Shown here: one piece after another, positions 43,051 to 53,999 of the stretch
Layout: every line of letters begins with the position of its first letter
Position numbering within the stretch: position 1 is the stretch's first letter
From: Escherichia phage vB_EcoM_WFbE185
Reading direction: 5' to 3' (one strand)
Sequence record: MK373778.1
DNA: 64,000 bases
Program-made: the position numbers and the translations under genes
Notes under the pieces: model-generated
Seen by the model: the letters and a program-made list of their open reading frames with translations, nothing else
The model's database searches: none
Told to the model about the DNA's origin: nothing

Positions 43051-43403
43051 TCTGAGAGCTTCCTGAGGTCTTCTGCAAAGGAATCGAAGGACCTGTTGAT
43101 TTGTTTTTCGACCAATCCTGGTTTACTTGCCACCACGTTCTTCTTCTTCGAATCCTTACGGAGCTTTTCATTTTCGGCCTTAAGTTGGTCAACTAAAACA
43201 CGGTTCTTATAAGTCATTTCTTCGATTGACTGATATTGAACCTTGAAGTCGTCTAATACTTTAGCATTGTTTTTAGCAGTCTCTTTAACAGAAGCCAATT
43301 CAGTATTCAGCGAATCGACTTTATGGTTCAGAAATGCTATTGTTACAGTAGCAACAACTGCAAAAGCTGCCACTACAATATATGATGCATTTACTTTAAG
43401 CAT
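43047..43403 (-). CDS. i-spanin (T4 pseT.3 equivalent)
   Basis: 118 aa; N-terminal transmembrane helix IVVAAFAVVATVTIAFL followed by a coiled-coil-like charged region. Confidence 0.7.
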   Translation of the reverse strand: MLKVNASYIVVAAFAVVATVTIAFLNHKVDSLNTELASVKETAKNNAKVLDDFKVQYQSIEEMTYKNRVLVDQLKAENEKLRKDSKKKNVVASKPGLVEKQINRSFDSFAEDLRKLSE

Positions 43404-43891
43404 GTTTGAATAATCTCAATGATTTCGTCTCGGGATAATCCATTGATAAGAACTGTTTTAGGCCCGTCAGTTTGGATTTTGTATGATTCAAACAATACAC
43501 ACAACTCTTCTGCTGTATGATATGGGCTTGAGATTCCGAGACGGTTGAATTTGTCGGTAAGAGGGTCGCAAATAATATAGAATTTGATACCTGCGATATG
43601 TACGTTTGGTTGACTAATATTAATGAACACATTAGCGTCATATTTAGTCAAATTGTTTTGAAGAAATTCTACCATAGCATTAACTGCTTCTGGCATCGCT
43701 TCGCGTTTCTCTTCAGCGTATCGGGTTGAATACTCTTTTTGTTTTACTTTCTTTTTAAGATTTTTGGCCAGTGTAACACGTAGGTCAGTAAGATAACCAA
43801 CTGGACGTCCTTTCTTAAAGACCCGGATTCCGTCAGTTGTGTCTCCAAAAGCGTTTACGACCATATCGTTAGTAATCAATTGCATATTCAT
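43391..43891 (-). CDS. alc: Alc, inhibitor of host transcription
   Basis: 166 aa from ATG at 43891 (SD GAGGAG 6 nt upstream, downstream of an early promoter); position between spanins and rnlA. Confidence 0.65.
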   Translation of the reverse strand: MNMQLITNDMVVNAFGDTTDGIRVFKKGRPVGYLTDLRVTLAKNLKKKVKQKEYSTRYAEEKREAMPEAVNAMVEFLQNNLTKYDANVFINISQPNVHIAGIKFYIICDPLTDKFNRLGISSPYHTAEELCVLFESYKIQTDGPKTVLINGLSRDEIIEIIQTCLK

Positions 43892-43920
43892 AATTTTCTC
43901 CTCGTGTTGTTGATAAACCC

Positions 43921-43950
43921 ATAGTATCACCATCCTTGGTGTTTGTAAAC
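43921..43950 (-). promoter_or_regulatory. T4-type early promoter for alc
   Basis: Minus strand GTTTAC-N18-GGTGATACTAT, then SD GAGGAG. Confidence 0.55.
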
Positions 43951-43952
43951 CG

Positions 43953-45086
<1,134 letters not shown>

Positions 45087-45104
45087 TCAGTTAGTTTTTT
45101 TAAA

Positions 45105-45134
45105 TTGTACCACAATCCTTGTGGTATGTAAACT
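45105..45134 (-). promoter_or_regulatory. T4-type early promoter for rnlA
   Basis: Minus strand GTTTAC-N18-TACAAT; the -35 overlaps the denA stop. Confidence 0.5.
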
Positions 45135-45543
45135 ACTTTTTCTTATGTTGGATATTCCAAGGCGGGTTGAACTTTTTGATAAAAAGTGGTTCTTCAAGGT
45201 CCATTGTTGCGATGGTCATTGAACCAAGTTCGTTGGTGACTGAAAGGTCAAAACATTGGCGGGCCCAGAATTCAACCTTTTTGCCTTGCATTAAGGCATC
45301 CAAAATCATAAGTGATTTTCTTGAATCTGAAGTCTGGTCTTTTCGATTTATGGCTGTTCGATAATAGTTAATGCGTTTCTTTAAATTCTTGGTTTTACCA
45401 ATATACACAAGTTCGTCATCTATAGCAATAGCATATATGACATTTTTCTTATTAGGGACATCAACTGTTTTAATTGTTGCATCTTCTAATAGCTCCAATT
45501 CTGTATATTTAATAAAGGAATATTCGGCGGCGATATCTTTCAT
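45133..45543 (-). CDS. denA: endonuclease II (GIY-YIG fold)
   Basis: 136 aa; VIYAIAIDDELVYIGKTKNLKKRINYYR; position between rnlA and nrdB. Confidence 0.8.
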   Translation of the reverse strand: MKDIAAEYSFIKYTELELLEDATIKTVDVPNKKNVIYAIAIDDELVYIGKTKNLKKRINYYRTAINRKDQTSDSRKSLMILDALMQGKKVEFWARQCFDLSVTNELGSMTIATMDLEEPLFIKKFNPPWNIQHKKK

Positions 45544-45551
45544 AATAAAGT

Positions 45552-45565
45552 GGGACCGAAGTCCC
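45552..45565 (-). terminator. hairpin after nrdB, just upstream of denA
   Basis: GGGAC-CGAA-GTCCC followed by ACUUUAUU and the denA ATG. Confidence 0.5.
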
Positions 45566-45569
45566 GTCC

Positions 45570-46748
45570 TTAGAAATATTTTTTGTATGAATTGATTACA
45601 TTTTGGTCTACATCATTATCAATTTGTGCGACAAGATAAGAACTGATTTCAACTTCCTGAGGAGCTGCTTGAACTAAATCAGAGTTCAGATATTCACGAA
45701 TCCAAGGATACGGATGCTTGGTCGGAGCATCAGTAATTGGACATGGCAAACCACACTGTTTCATACGAGACACAGTCAAGTAATCAACAAAAGCACACAT
45801 ACCCTGCGTATTGATACCTGGACATGTACCATCTTTAAAGAGGTGTGCAGCCCATTCCTTCTCTTGACTATTTACTTCCATAAAAATGTCAACTGCTTCT
45901 TGTTCACATTCTTTAGCAGTTTGAACCCACTCATCACCGTCAGTACCAGATTGAAGTTGACGGATAATGTACTGAGTACCCTTGAGATGGAGTTGTTCGT
46001 CACGAGCAATGAACTTCATAATCTTTGCATTGCCTTCCATAATTTCCATATTTTTATGGAAGTTAAAGGTACATGCAAATGATACGTAAAAACGAATAGC
46101 TTCCAAGGCGTTAATTACATGAAGGCAAAGATAAAGAGATTTCATTAGCTCACGCTTCCAATATGTCTCATGCTCAATAGCATCTTCAATAACGTCTTCG
46201 TCTGCATTAATTTCTTTTTGGTATTCGATATCGGCTTTAGCGTTTTCCCAATAACGAGTTTTAACCAGAACATCATCGTAATATTTACCTATTGATTCAG
46301 CTCGTTTCATGATTGCTTCGTCTAATACAATCTCATCAAATACTTTGGATGGATCGGTATAAAGATTTCGCATAATATGAGTGTACGAACGAGAGTGAAT
46401 AGTTTCACTGAATGTCCATGTTGCAACCCACGTATCTAATGAAGGGTCGGAAATCAGTGCCATAAGTACCGCAGATGGGGCCCTGCCTTGGATAGAATCT
46501 AATAATGATTGATACTTAAGATTGTTTGTAAAGATGTCCTGTTGGAACTGAGGAAGCTTATTGAACTGCGCAGAGTCCAACATCAAGTTTACCTCTTCTG
46601 GGCGCCAGAAAAACGACAATTGCTTTTCAATAAGTTCTTCAAAAACTTTATGTCGCTGAATATCATAACGTGCTAGGCCAAGACCAGAACCAAAGAACAT
46701 TGGTTCATTCAAAACATCGACTTGTTGTGTGTTAAAAACTGTACTCAT
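45570..46748 (-). CDS. nrdB: ribonucleotide reductase small subunit
   Basis: 392 aa, uninterrupted; class Ia R2-type di-iron protein. Confidence 0.95.
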   Translation of the reverse strand: MSTVFNTQQVDVLNEPMFFGSGLGLARYDIQRHKVFEELIEKQLSFFWRPEEVNLMLDSAQFNKLPQFQQDIFTNNLKYQSLLDSIQGRAPSAVLMALISDPSLDTWVATWTFSETIHSRSYTHIMRNLYTDPSKVFDEIVLDEAIMKRAESIGKYYDDVLVKTRYWENAKADIEYQKEINADEDVIEDAIEHETYWKRELMKSLYLCLHVINALEAIRFYVSFACTFNFHKNMEIMEGNAKIMKFIARDEQLHLKGTQYIIRQLQSGTDGDEWVQTAKECEQEAVDIFMEVNSQEKEWAAHLFKDGTCPGINTQGMCAFVDYLTVSRMKQCGLPCPITDAPTKHPYPWIREYLNSDLVQAAPQEVEISSYLVAQIDNDVDQNVINSYKKYF

Positions 46749-46803
46749 TATATTTTCTCACTTAGTTATTAACTCATCCATGAGTAAATTATAATCAAAA
46801 GTC

Positions 46804-49059
46804 TTAAAGCTTACAAGCAGAACAATCTTCAGCTTTAGGTGTTTCTAATTCATAGTCATCTGTGCCTGACCCATCACGAGTGTTATGATAGTAGAGGTTT
46901 TTTCCGCCAAAGTACCAGAAGTAAAGCAGATCGTCAAGCATTACTGACATTGGCACTTTACCTTTCTCAAATACTGCAGGGTCATAGTAAGTATTAGCAG
47001 AAGCAGATTGGCACACCCATTTCAACATGATAGCAACTTGGGTCAAATAAGGTTTATTACCTTTCTTAGCAAGTTTCCACGCGTAGTCGTAAAGACCCAT
47101 GTTATGTTCTATATTAGGAACAACCTGACGGAAGTTGCCTTCTTTAGATTCTTTAATACTCACTGGACCACGCGGCGGTTCAATCCCGTTTGTAGAGTTT
47201 GATACTTGACTGCTTGACTCACAAGGCATGAGTGCAGACAACGTTGAGTTACGAATTCCATGTTCTTTGAGTTCAGCTCGAAGTTCTTCCCAATCACATA
47301 CGTAGTTCGGGGCTGCGATTTGGTCAATCTTTTTATTGTACCAGTCGATAGGTAATTCGCCTCTAGACCATTTAGTGTCTGAATAATACTCGCAACATCC
47401 TTTTTCTTTGGCGAGTTTGATTGAAGCTTTGATAAGGCCATATTGCAATCTCTCAAACAATTCATGAGTCAAATCGTTAGCGTCTTCATATGAAGCGAAG
47501 TTAGAAGCTAACCATGCAGCATAGTTCGTAACACCAACACCAAGATTACGACGCTTTTTGGCTTTTAAAGCTTCTGGAACCGGATAATCTTGATAGTCTA
47601 ACAGGTTATCAAGTGCACGTACTTGTACTTCAGCAAGTTCATTAATTTTATCTTGGTCTTGCCAATCAAATTTATCTAACACGAATGCAGATAATGTGCA
47701 TAAACCAATTTCAGCATCAGGACCATTCACATCATTAGTTGGAATAGCGATTTCACAACATAAGTTACTCTGACGAATTGGAGCTTTTTCACGAATAAAT
47801 GGAGTGTAGTTGTTCGTGTTATCAACGAATTGCGGATAAATTCGAGCGGTGCCAGAACGTTCAGTCATGAACAATTCAAAGAGTTCTAGTGCTTTGATTC
47901 TTTTCTTTCTGATTGTTGGGTCTTTTTCAGCTTTCTCATAAAGCTCACGGAATTTATCTTGATCTTCAAAGAACGAGTAGTATAGTTCGCCTGACATTTC
48001 GTGAGGGCTAAATAAAGTAATATAATCATTTTTACCAAGGCGTTCCATCATAAGGTCATTAATCTGAATTCCGTAGTCCATATGTCGAATACGGTTTTCA
48101 TCCACGCCTTTGTTATTTTTCAGAACTAATAGGTTCTCTACTTCTAAGTGCCACATCGGATAATACGCTGTAGCAGCACCACCACGAATACCACCTTGAG
48201 AACAAGATTTTACTGCAGTTTGGAAATGTTTCCAGAATGGAATAACACCCGTATGTCGAACTTCACCCATACCGATCTTAGAACCTTCTGCACGAAGCAT
48301 ACCAACGTTGATACCAATACCAGCTCGTTTAGAAATATATTCAATAATTGATGCTGAAGTTTTGTTAATAGATTTTAACGAATCACCGGCTTCAATAACT
48401 ACACAACTAGAGAACTGGCGAGTTGGAGTACGAGCACCTGCCATAATTGGGGTTGGCAATGAAACTTGATGAGTAGAAACGGCATCATAAAAACGAATAA
48501 TATGTTTCAAACGGTCATGAGTTTCGTCTTGGTGTAAGGCCATGCCAATAGCCATGATAGCAAACTGTGGAGTTTCATAAATCTTCCCAGTTGTTTTATC
48601 TTTAACTAGATATTTTTCTTTAAGCTGCATAGCACCAGCATAAGTCAGGTCAAAATCTCGCTCATGTTTAATCTGAGAATCAAGATAAATGATTTCTTCT
48701 GCTGAATATTGAGACAACAGCTCAGGATCATATTTGCCTTCATTAACACAATAAGAAATATGGTCGATAAAAGCAGGAGGTTCAAACTGGCCATACACAT
48801 CTTTACGAAGTGCAAACATTAATCCTTTAGCGGCAACATACTGATAATCAGGTTCTTCGACAGAAATCGAGTTAGCTGCAACTTTAATACAAATCTTCTG
48901 AATATCTTTGGTGCTCATCCCGTCAACAAGATGGGTCTTAATTTCTTCGTACAATTCATATGGGTCAATTTGTGTTCCTTCACACTGCCAAGTTAAGACT
49001 TGAATAATTTTCTGTGCATCAAAATTTTGGGATACCCCACTGCTCTTAGTTACTTGCAT
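46804..49059 (-). CDS. nrdA: ribonucleotide reductase large subunit
   Basis: 751 aa; class Ia R1. Confidence 0.95.
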   Translation of the reverse strand: MQVTKSSGVSQNFDAQKIIQVLTWQCEGTQIDPYELYEEIKTHLVDGMSTKDIQKICIKVAANSISVEEPDYQYVAAKGLMFALRKDVYGQFEPPAFIDHISYCVNEGKYDPELLSQYSAEEIIYLDSQIKHERDFDLTYAGAMQLKEKYLVKDKTTGKIYETPQFAIMAIGMALHQDETHDRLKHIIRFYDAVSTHQVSLPTPIMAGARTPTRQFSSCVVIEAGDSLKSINKTSASIIEYISKRAGIGINVGMLRAEGSKIGMGEVRHTGVIPFWKHFQTAVKSCSQGGIRGGAATAYYPMWHLEVENLLVLKNNKGVDENRIRHMDYGIQINDLMMERLGKNDYITLFSPHEMSGELYYSFFEDQDKFRELYEKAEKDPTIRKKRIKALELFELFMTERSGTARIYPQFVDNTNNYTPFIREKAPIRQSNLCCEIAIPTNDVNGPDAEIGLCTLSAFVLDKFDWQDQDKINELAEVQVRALDNLLDYQDYPVPEALKAKKRRNLGVGVTNYAAWLASNFASYEDANDLTHELFERLQYGLIKASIKLAKEKGCCEYYSDTKWSRGELPIDWYNKKIDQIAAPNYVCDWEELRAELKEHGIRNSTLSALMPCESSSQVSNSTNGIEPPRGPVSIKESKEGNFRQVVPNIEHNMGLYDYAWKLAKKGNKPYLTQVAIMLKWVCQSASANTYYDPAVFEKGKVPMSVMLDDLLYFWYFGGKNLYYHNTRDGSGTDDYELETPKAEDCSACKL

Positions 49060-49355
49060 ATGTCCTCTATATTAAATTCATCTTTAAAAAGTTTATTAAC
49101 CACTAGAGCTATTATATCACCATGACAGGCTTTTGGTTTACATGTGCATCCTAATCGCATCCCACGTAAAGGTTCAAGATGAGCTTTTGTGATTTCTCCA
49201 CTTCTAATTCTTTTAATAAAATCCTTTTTGAAAAGCTCAATAGCTTCTTCTCGAGAAGAGGCATCCTTGCCTACATAATTTCCCCAGAATGTGCCACGGT
49301 GAATATTAACATCAAAATCTGATTTGTATTTATTCACTACGCGGCATATTTTCAT
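49050..49355 (-). CDS. conserved hypothetical protein
   Basis: 101 aa; FWGN...CTCKP..CHGD motif; recalled as DUF4326-like but unverified. Confidence 0.5.
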   Translation of the reverse strand: MKICRVVNKYKSDFDVNIHRGTFWGNYVGKDASSREEAIELFKKDFIKRIRSGEITKAHLEPLRGMRLGCTCKPKACHGDIIALVVNKLFKDEFNIEDICK

Positions 49356-49573
49356 GTTACGTCAACCTCAAACCAACAGTCATAAACATTATCCAAAGGA
49401 TTATGCTTATTATATTCATACACCTTTGTAACAGAGAGAACTCTCTCTTCAAAGCCGTCAACATTAATTGTCTCAGTTTTAATAGGGAGCTCAAGAGGAT
49501 TAGCATTATAAAGTTCAGCTAACATCTTTTTACTACCATGTCCTTTACGAACAATACGAATATTGATACCCAT
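49352..49573 (-). CDS. hypothetical protein
   Basis: 73-aa ORF. Confidence 0.4.
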   Translation of the reverse strand: MGINIRIVRKGHGSKKMLAELYNANPLELPIKTETINVDGFEERVLSVTKVYEYNKHNPLDNVYDCWFEVDVT

Positions 49574-49821
49574 TAGTTACGTTCCAATTCTTCATATTCT
49601 TTAGGTGTCAAGACTGTGATATTGAAATAAACCAACGGTTCTTTTTCTATACCGAATCCACCACAGAATTCACGATATTCATAAATTCGTTCATGTGAAT
49701 AACAAATGAATCGTTCACCTTTAACTGTGATTTCACTATTCGGTGAAGGGATATCCAGTTCACTTGGATTTTTCATTTCAAAAATTGTGGTGCCATATGA
49801 ATTAATAAAACGTAAAATCAT
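49573..49821 (-). CDS. hypothetical protein
   Basis: 82-aa ORF. Confidence 0.4.
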   Translation of the reverse strand: MILRFINSYGTTIFEMKNPSELDIPSPNSEITVKGERFICYSHERIYEYREFCGGFGIEKEPLVYFNITVLTPKEYEELERN

Positions 49822-49822
49822 T

Positions 49823-50683
49823 TTATACCGCCATTTTAGCTTTGATAACTGGATGTGATTCGTAATTTTTAAGAACGAAATCAGAATGTGTCATCGTTCC
49901 GGTAACCCAGTCCATTTGGATTTTTGTAGGCCAATTCTCAAAATTACTAGGCCAATCAATTTTAAGTTCACACAGTTCTTTAGGCTCACGACGTAAAACT
50001 TCTTTGCATTGCTCTATGTGGTTGCTGTAGATATGCGTATTGCCGCCTGAGAACACTAAATCACCAGGGATAAGATTACACATCTTAGCCACAATATGCG
50101 TCAAGGCAGCGTACGAGGCAATGTTGAACGGCAAACCCAAGAAAACATCTACACTGCGTTGATACCATTGCAAATCAAGATGACCATTACGCACATTGAA
50201 CTGATAGAACATGTGGCAAGGAGGAAGAGCCATTTGATTTATTTCGGCCGGATTCCAGGCAGAAACAATTTGACGGCGATCAGTTGGTAATTTTTTAATA
50301 CGGTCGATTGTTTCAACTAATTGGTCCACACCACCGAAATCACGCCATTGTTTACCATATATAGGACCAAGTTCACCGCTATGATAACCAAGGTCTTTTG
50401 CCTGATTTTCGTAATTATCGTCCCAAATAGTTTTACCTTGAATAAGACTACCATGAGTACGAATACGTAAATCATTAACATTGGTAGAACCAGACATGAA
50501 CCACAGTAACTCGGCAATACAAGCTTTCCATGCTAATTTCTTAGTTGTTACCGCAGGGAATCCTTTAGTTAGATCCCAACGTAATTTAGTTCCGAACAGG
50601 GCAATAGTGCCGGTACCTGTACGGTCGTCTGTTTCGTAGCCATTTTCTAGGATATCATTAATCAGGTATTGGTATTGTTTCAT
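49823..50683 (-). CDS. td: thymidylate synthase
   Basis: 286 aa, uninterrupted; active-site PPCH; matches recalled T4 Td. Confidence 0.95.
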   Translation of the reverse strand: MKQYQYLINDILENGYETDDRTGTGTIALFGTKLRWDLTKGFPAVTTKKLAWKACIAELLWFMSGSTNVNDLRIRTHGSLIQGKTIWDDNYENQAKDLGYHSGELGPIYGKQWRDFGGVDQLVETIDRIKKLPTDRRQIVSAWNPAEINQMALPPCHMFYQFNVRNGHLDLQWYQRSVDVFLGLPFNIASYAALTHIVAKMCNLIPGDLVFSGGNTHIYSNHIEQCKEVLRREPKELCELKIDWPSNFENWPTKIQMDWVTGTMTHSDFVLKNYESHPVIKAKMAV

Positions 50684-51267
50684 TTATATACACTCTCAGT
50701 AATTTCGGTGAGTTCATCGATTCTGTAGTAATGAGATTCTACCATAGAACGTTGAAGCATAATATCCTGGACGAAATCTTTATCAAGTTGAACATCTGAA
50801 TTAACACGACATTTCTTAATGATTTTAGTCATCACGATTTCATCGGCATAAGGCAATGCTTGTTTAAGTAGAGCAGGACCGCCGATAACAGATACATCAA
50901 CATGTTCAGTAGAAAGTTTAAACGGTACATCAGTTGCAGGGCTAAACAGGTTAATTTCACCACCTGTTACCAAGGTAATAAATTCAGATTGGGTGATATA
51001 GAACCGTGCAAGTTCATCAGTTTTAGTCCTAGGCAGTGTTCTGGCCATATCAGTGACAACCACATGAGTACGATCTGGGAGTAGACGAGGTAATGATGCA
51101 AAAGTCTTAGCACCCATAACCATTACAGTGTTTTTAGTGCGAGCAACAAAGTTACTCATATCTTGTTTGATATGCTTCCATGGAAGTCCGTCACCTAATC
51201 CAAAAGCATATTCCAGTTTATCATCAACTGTTTTAGACGAGGCACATGCGAATACTAATTTAAGCAT
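50680..51267 (-). CDS. frd: dihydrofolate reductase
   Basis: 195 aa from the internal ATG at 51267 (MLKLVFACASSKTVDD...), matching recalled T4 Frd. Confidence 0.9.
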   Translation of the reverse strand: MLKLVFACASSKTVDDKLEYAFGLGDGLPWKHIKQDMSNFVARTKNTVMVMGAKTFASLPRLLPDRTHVVVTDMARTLPRTKTDELARFYITQSEFITLVTGGEINLFSPATDVPFKLSTEHVDVSVIGGPALLKQALPYADEIVMTKIIKKCRVNSDVQLDKDFVQDIMLQRSMVESHYYRIDELTEITESVYK

Positions 51268-51508
51268 TTTTAAGTCCTTTAATAACTTTTTGGATTTGTG
51301 ATTTAGAAGAAACCAAATCAGTCTGGATTTGACAGCCATCGGTCGGGTCAAATGTTATAACACAAACGCGAGGTTTTGTTGTGTATCGCCCAGACAAATC
51401 AAATGCGTCGCCAATGAATTCGGCCAAATCCGGATGGTCTAAATTAACTGAAGTATAAACTTCATATCCGACATCAGCGCCTTGAGAGTATTCAACAACA
51501 ACATTCAT
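51260..51508 (-). CDS. hypothetical protein (frd.1 position)
   Basis: 82-aa ORF overlapping the frd start. Confidence 0.45.
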   Translation of the reverse strand: MNVVVEYSQGADVGYEVYTSVNLDHPDLAEFIGDAFDLSGRYTTKPRVCVITFDPTDGCQIQTDLVSSKSQIQKVIKGLKNA

Positions 51509-51510
51509 AA

Positions 51511-51759
51511 TTATTTCCTCAGATTTTTCTTAACAACTTTCCAATCAACTTTAAACGATTCAACATCAGAGTGGTGAATCCAGAATCCTGCACTTTCACC
51601 ATCTTCGTAGAGTGGACATCCATCGCATTCTTCGTTCCAACCCATTTCACGTAAAGCTTCTTCAGCTTGTTCAAGGAGTTCAGCGTCTTTACCGACGATG
51701 TTGAAGTACCATTTACCTCTAACTTCCGAATCTTTGATGCTCTGGCGTTGCAATCTCAT
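51511..51759 (-). CDS. hypothetical protein (frd.2 position)
   Basis: 82-aa ORF. Confidence 0.45.
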   Translation of the reverse strand: MRLQRQSIKDSEVRGKWYFNIVGKDAELLEQAEEALREMGWNEECDGCPLYEDGESAGFWIHHSDVESFKVDWKVVKKNLRK

Positions 51760-51822
51760 TTTATTCTCCTCTTCACTTTTATTTTATAGGGCTACTATAA
51801 CATAGCCCTATCTTGTTATAAA

Positions 51823-52215
51823 CTACTTTTTAAAAGTTTTTTGCAAAAGTTTGATGATTTCGTCGACGTTAGTTTCATCCACGATACAATGGATTTTTGT
51901 TACACCTAAAGTTATACCTTCGTTAGTAGGTTGAGGCTTTACTAAATCTACCTCAGTAAAGTATTTGAACTCGTCAGGATAAATCTCAAAATAAGTTTCA
52001 ATTTCACCACCGGCAGAACATACAGTACCATCTTCCATAGTTACACTTACTACGTTTGACGTATCGCTATCATAATCAGGTTCCATTCCGTTTACAACAA
52101 AACTAGGCCCGTGGAGTTCAATCAATTTTAACATCTTAGCGTTATTATGTGGTGCTTCTTGAACAAAGTCGTCTTTAAATAAAGGGTTAATGATATAAGA
52201 TTTTCCGATTTCCAT
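51823..52215 (-). CDS. hypothetical protein (frd.3 position)
   Basis: 130 aa; SD GAGGAA; early promoter upstream. Confidence 0.5.
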   Translation of the reverse strand: MEIGKSYIINPLFKDDFVQEAPHNNAKMLKLIELHGPSFVVNGMEPDYDSDTSNVVSVTMEDGTVCSAGGEIETYFEIYPDEFKYFTEVDLVKPQPTNEGITLGVTKIHCIVDETNVDEIIKLLQKTFKK

Positions 52216-52244
52216 TTTGATTTCCTCATGTTGTTGATAGGTCT

Positions 52245-52273
52245 ATACTAACACATCCAGGGAAGAAGTAAAC
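52245..52273 (-). promoter_or_regulatory. T4-type early promoter
   Basis: Minus strand GTTTAC-N17-TGTGTTAGTATAGAC upstream of the ORF at 51823-52215. Confidence 0.55.
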
Positions 52274-52304
52274 AACTTTTTCGGCAATTTACAGATACTC
52301 AAAA

Positions 52305-52322
52305 GGGAGACCGAAGTCTCCC
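52305..52322 (-). terminator. intrinsic terminator after gene 32
   Basis: Minus strand GGGAGAC-UUCG-GUCUCCC followed by UUUUGAG. Confidence 0.7.
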
Positions 52323-52328
52323 AATTTA

Positions 52329-53228
52329 TTATAGACCAGCTAACAGGTCATCGAGGTCGCCATCGTCAGAAGACGAGGAACTCATGAAGTCATCTTCAGT
52401 TTTTGCAGAACTAAAGGCTTCCATGTCTTTATCAAAATCGTCGAGGTCAGAAGCAACTTTATCTGCAACAGAAGCTGCGGCAGCTGCTGCACCACCAAGA
52501 GCGGCAGTACCAAGAACTTGATTAAATTTAGTATTCAATTCTTCAAACGATTTGAACTTATCTTTAGAAGTCATTTCAGAAAGGTCAACCATTTGTTCGA
52601 ACAATTCTTTCTGGAAAGATTCATCATCAATGTTTGGAATCGCAGATTGATTCAGGAATTTAGATTCGTCGTAGTTACTGAAACCAGAAACCTGTTTAAC
52701 TTTCAGCACAAAGTTAGCACCTTCCCACGGGCAAGTTACATCAACAGGAGTTTCACCCATTTCAGTATCGACTGCAATCATTGCATTGATTTTGTCCCAA
52801 ATCTTTTTACCGAAACGATATTTGAATACTTTACCTTCATTATCTGGAGCTTGTGGGTCTTTAACAACCAGAATATTAGCCCAATAAGAAGTTTTACGTT
52901 TCAGTTGAGAATATTCAGTTTTGTTGGTATTGTACAGGTCATTTTTACTAATGTACTGACATACAGGACAAGAGTCATAATCGCCGTGTGTAGATGAACA
53001 GGTTTCAATATACCATTTACCATTTTTCTTGAACCCATGGTTAACAAGAATTGTAAACGGAAGTGCGTCATCTGTTTTTGCCGGCAGGAAACGAATTACC
53101 GCTTGACCATTACCGGATGCATCGAGTTTCAGCTTCCATTCACCTTTATCTTCTGAAGAGAAACCTTTGTTACCATTCAGTTTAGCCATCTGAGCTGCGA
53201 GGTCTGCGGTACTTTTACGTTTAAACAT
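52329..53228 (-). CDS. 32: single-stranded DNA-binding protein gp32
   Basis: 299 aa; zinc site [15 protein letters not shown] and acidic C-terminus; near-identical to recalled T4 gp32. Confidence 0.95.
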   Translation of the reverse strand: MFKRKSTADLAAQMAKLNGNKGFSSEDKGEWKLKLDASGNGQAVIRFLPAKTDDALPFTILVNHGFKKNGKWYIETCSSTHGDYDSCPVCQYISKNDLYNTNKTEYSQLKRKTSYWANILVVKDPQAPDNEGKVFKYRFGKKIWDKINAMIAVDTEMGETPVDVTCPWEGANFVLKVKQVSGFSNYDESKFLNQSAIPNIDDESFQKELFEQMVDLSEMTSKDKFKSFEELNTKFNQVLGTAALGGAAAAAASVADKVASDLDDFDKDMEAFSSAKTEDDFMSSSSSDDGDLDDLLAGL

Positions 53229-53300
53229 TTTATTTGCCTTTATTTAGATTATTAATTAAATTTTACAGTTGGTTGCTACGACACTTATACCTCGTAGCTG
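53229..53300 (-). promoter_or_regulatory. gene 32 mRNA leader: hairpin plus A/U-rich region (autoregulatory translational operator)
   Basis: 7-bp stem GCUACGA / UCGUAGC at 53275-53298, then an unstructured A/U-rich stretch up to the AAAGG SD; architecture matches the known T4 gene 32 operator. Confidence 0.5.
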
Positions 53301-53308
53301 GTATGATT

Positions 53309-53316
53309 TATTTATA
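53309..53316 (-). promoter_or_regulatory. late promoter (TATAAATA) for gene 32
   Basis: Reverse-complement TATAAATA upstream of the gene 32 leader. Confidence 0.5.
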
Positions 53317-53345
53317 AAGTAATTTTAACACACAAGAAATAAAGC

Positions 53346-53999
53346 TTAATACTTACATGATTTGATTGTTTCTATGAACAATTTCTTAGCAGCATTTCTA
53401 TCGATTTGAAGTATTTTTCGATATGCCTTTAATTTGGTAGAATAATTTTGCCAGACTAAATTGTCAGTGAGTTCGTCGTGCTTATCTATAATATTCAAAA
53501 ACGAGTCTAACAATAAGAAAGTCTCAAATGAAATTATATTGCTTTGTAGCAATTTGAATATGTAGCTCGACTGAACGTTGTTATTATAATCAAATATCTC
53601 TTGAAGCGCACTAACTTCAACTTTCTTACTGAAATAGTAGATGTTACGTACGTCTTCAGCAAACGTCTCTTTAGCTTGTTTGAGACGTCCAATATATTCC
53701 CTATAGAAAACTAATGCATCAGCGTCTGATATCTCACCAATCCATGCGTCTTGGTTAGCAACTAAGTTGCTTATGAATATCAAGGTGAGTTCCTTCAATT
53801 TATATTTCTCTGCTAGTTTTTCAAAGAAATATTTATCTCGGCGTTTTTGATACGCATTATCCGAAACACGCATGCACCAGTTATATTTGATTACGTCATA
53901 CCGACCACCAAAGTGGTTTTTGCACATCAAGTATAGTTTATATACTGATTTACCGTTAATATAACGTTCTCCGTCAGGAGGCATGCGTATTTTAATCAT
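53346..53999 (-). CDS. 59: helicase loader gp59
   Basis: 217 aa; MIKIRMPPDGERYINGKSVYKLYLM... matches recalled T4 gp59. Confidence 0.95.
   Translation of the reverse strand: MIKIRMPPDGERYINGKSVYKLYLMCKNHFGGRYDVIKYNWCMRVSDNAYQKRRDKYFFEKLAEKYKLKELTLIFISNLVANQDAWIGEISDADALVFYREYIGRLKQAKETFAEDVRNIYYFSKKVEVSALQEIFDYNNNVQSSYIFKLLQSNIISFETFLLLDSFLNIIDKHDELTDNLVWQNYSTKLKAYRKILQIDRNAAKKLFIETIKSCKY

Noticed and set aside
43391-43933. 180-aa ORF extending alc upstream
   Set aside because: The first ATG lies inside the early promoter; the ATG at 43891 has SD GAGGAG at correct spacing.
46788-46830. Possible middle promoter upstream of nrdB
   Set aside because: The MotA-box-like element is AGCTTTA (first position mismatched) with 11-nt spacing to TATAAT; not convincing enough to list as a feature.
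50680-51351. 223-aa ORF extending frd upstream
   Set aside because: The N-terminal extension has no counterpart in DHFR and overlaps the upstream ORF; the internal ATG at 51267 gives a 195-aa protein matching recalled T4 Frd.
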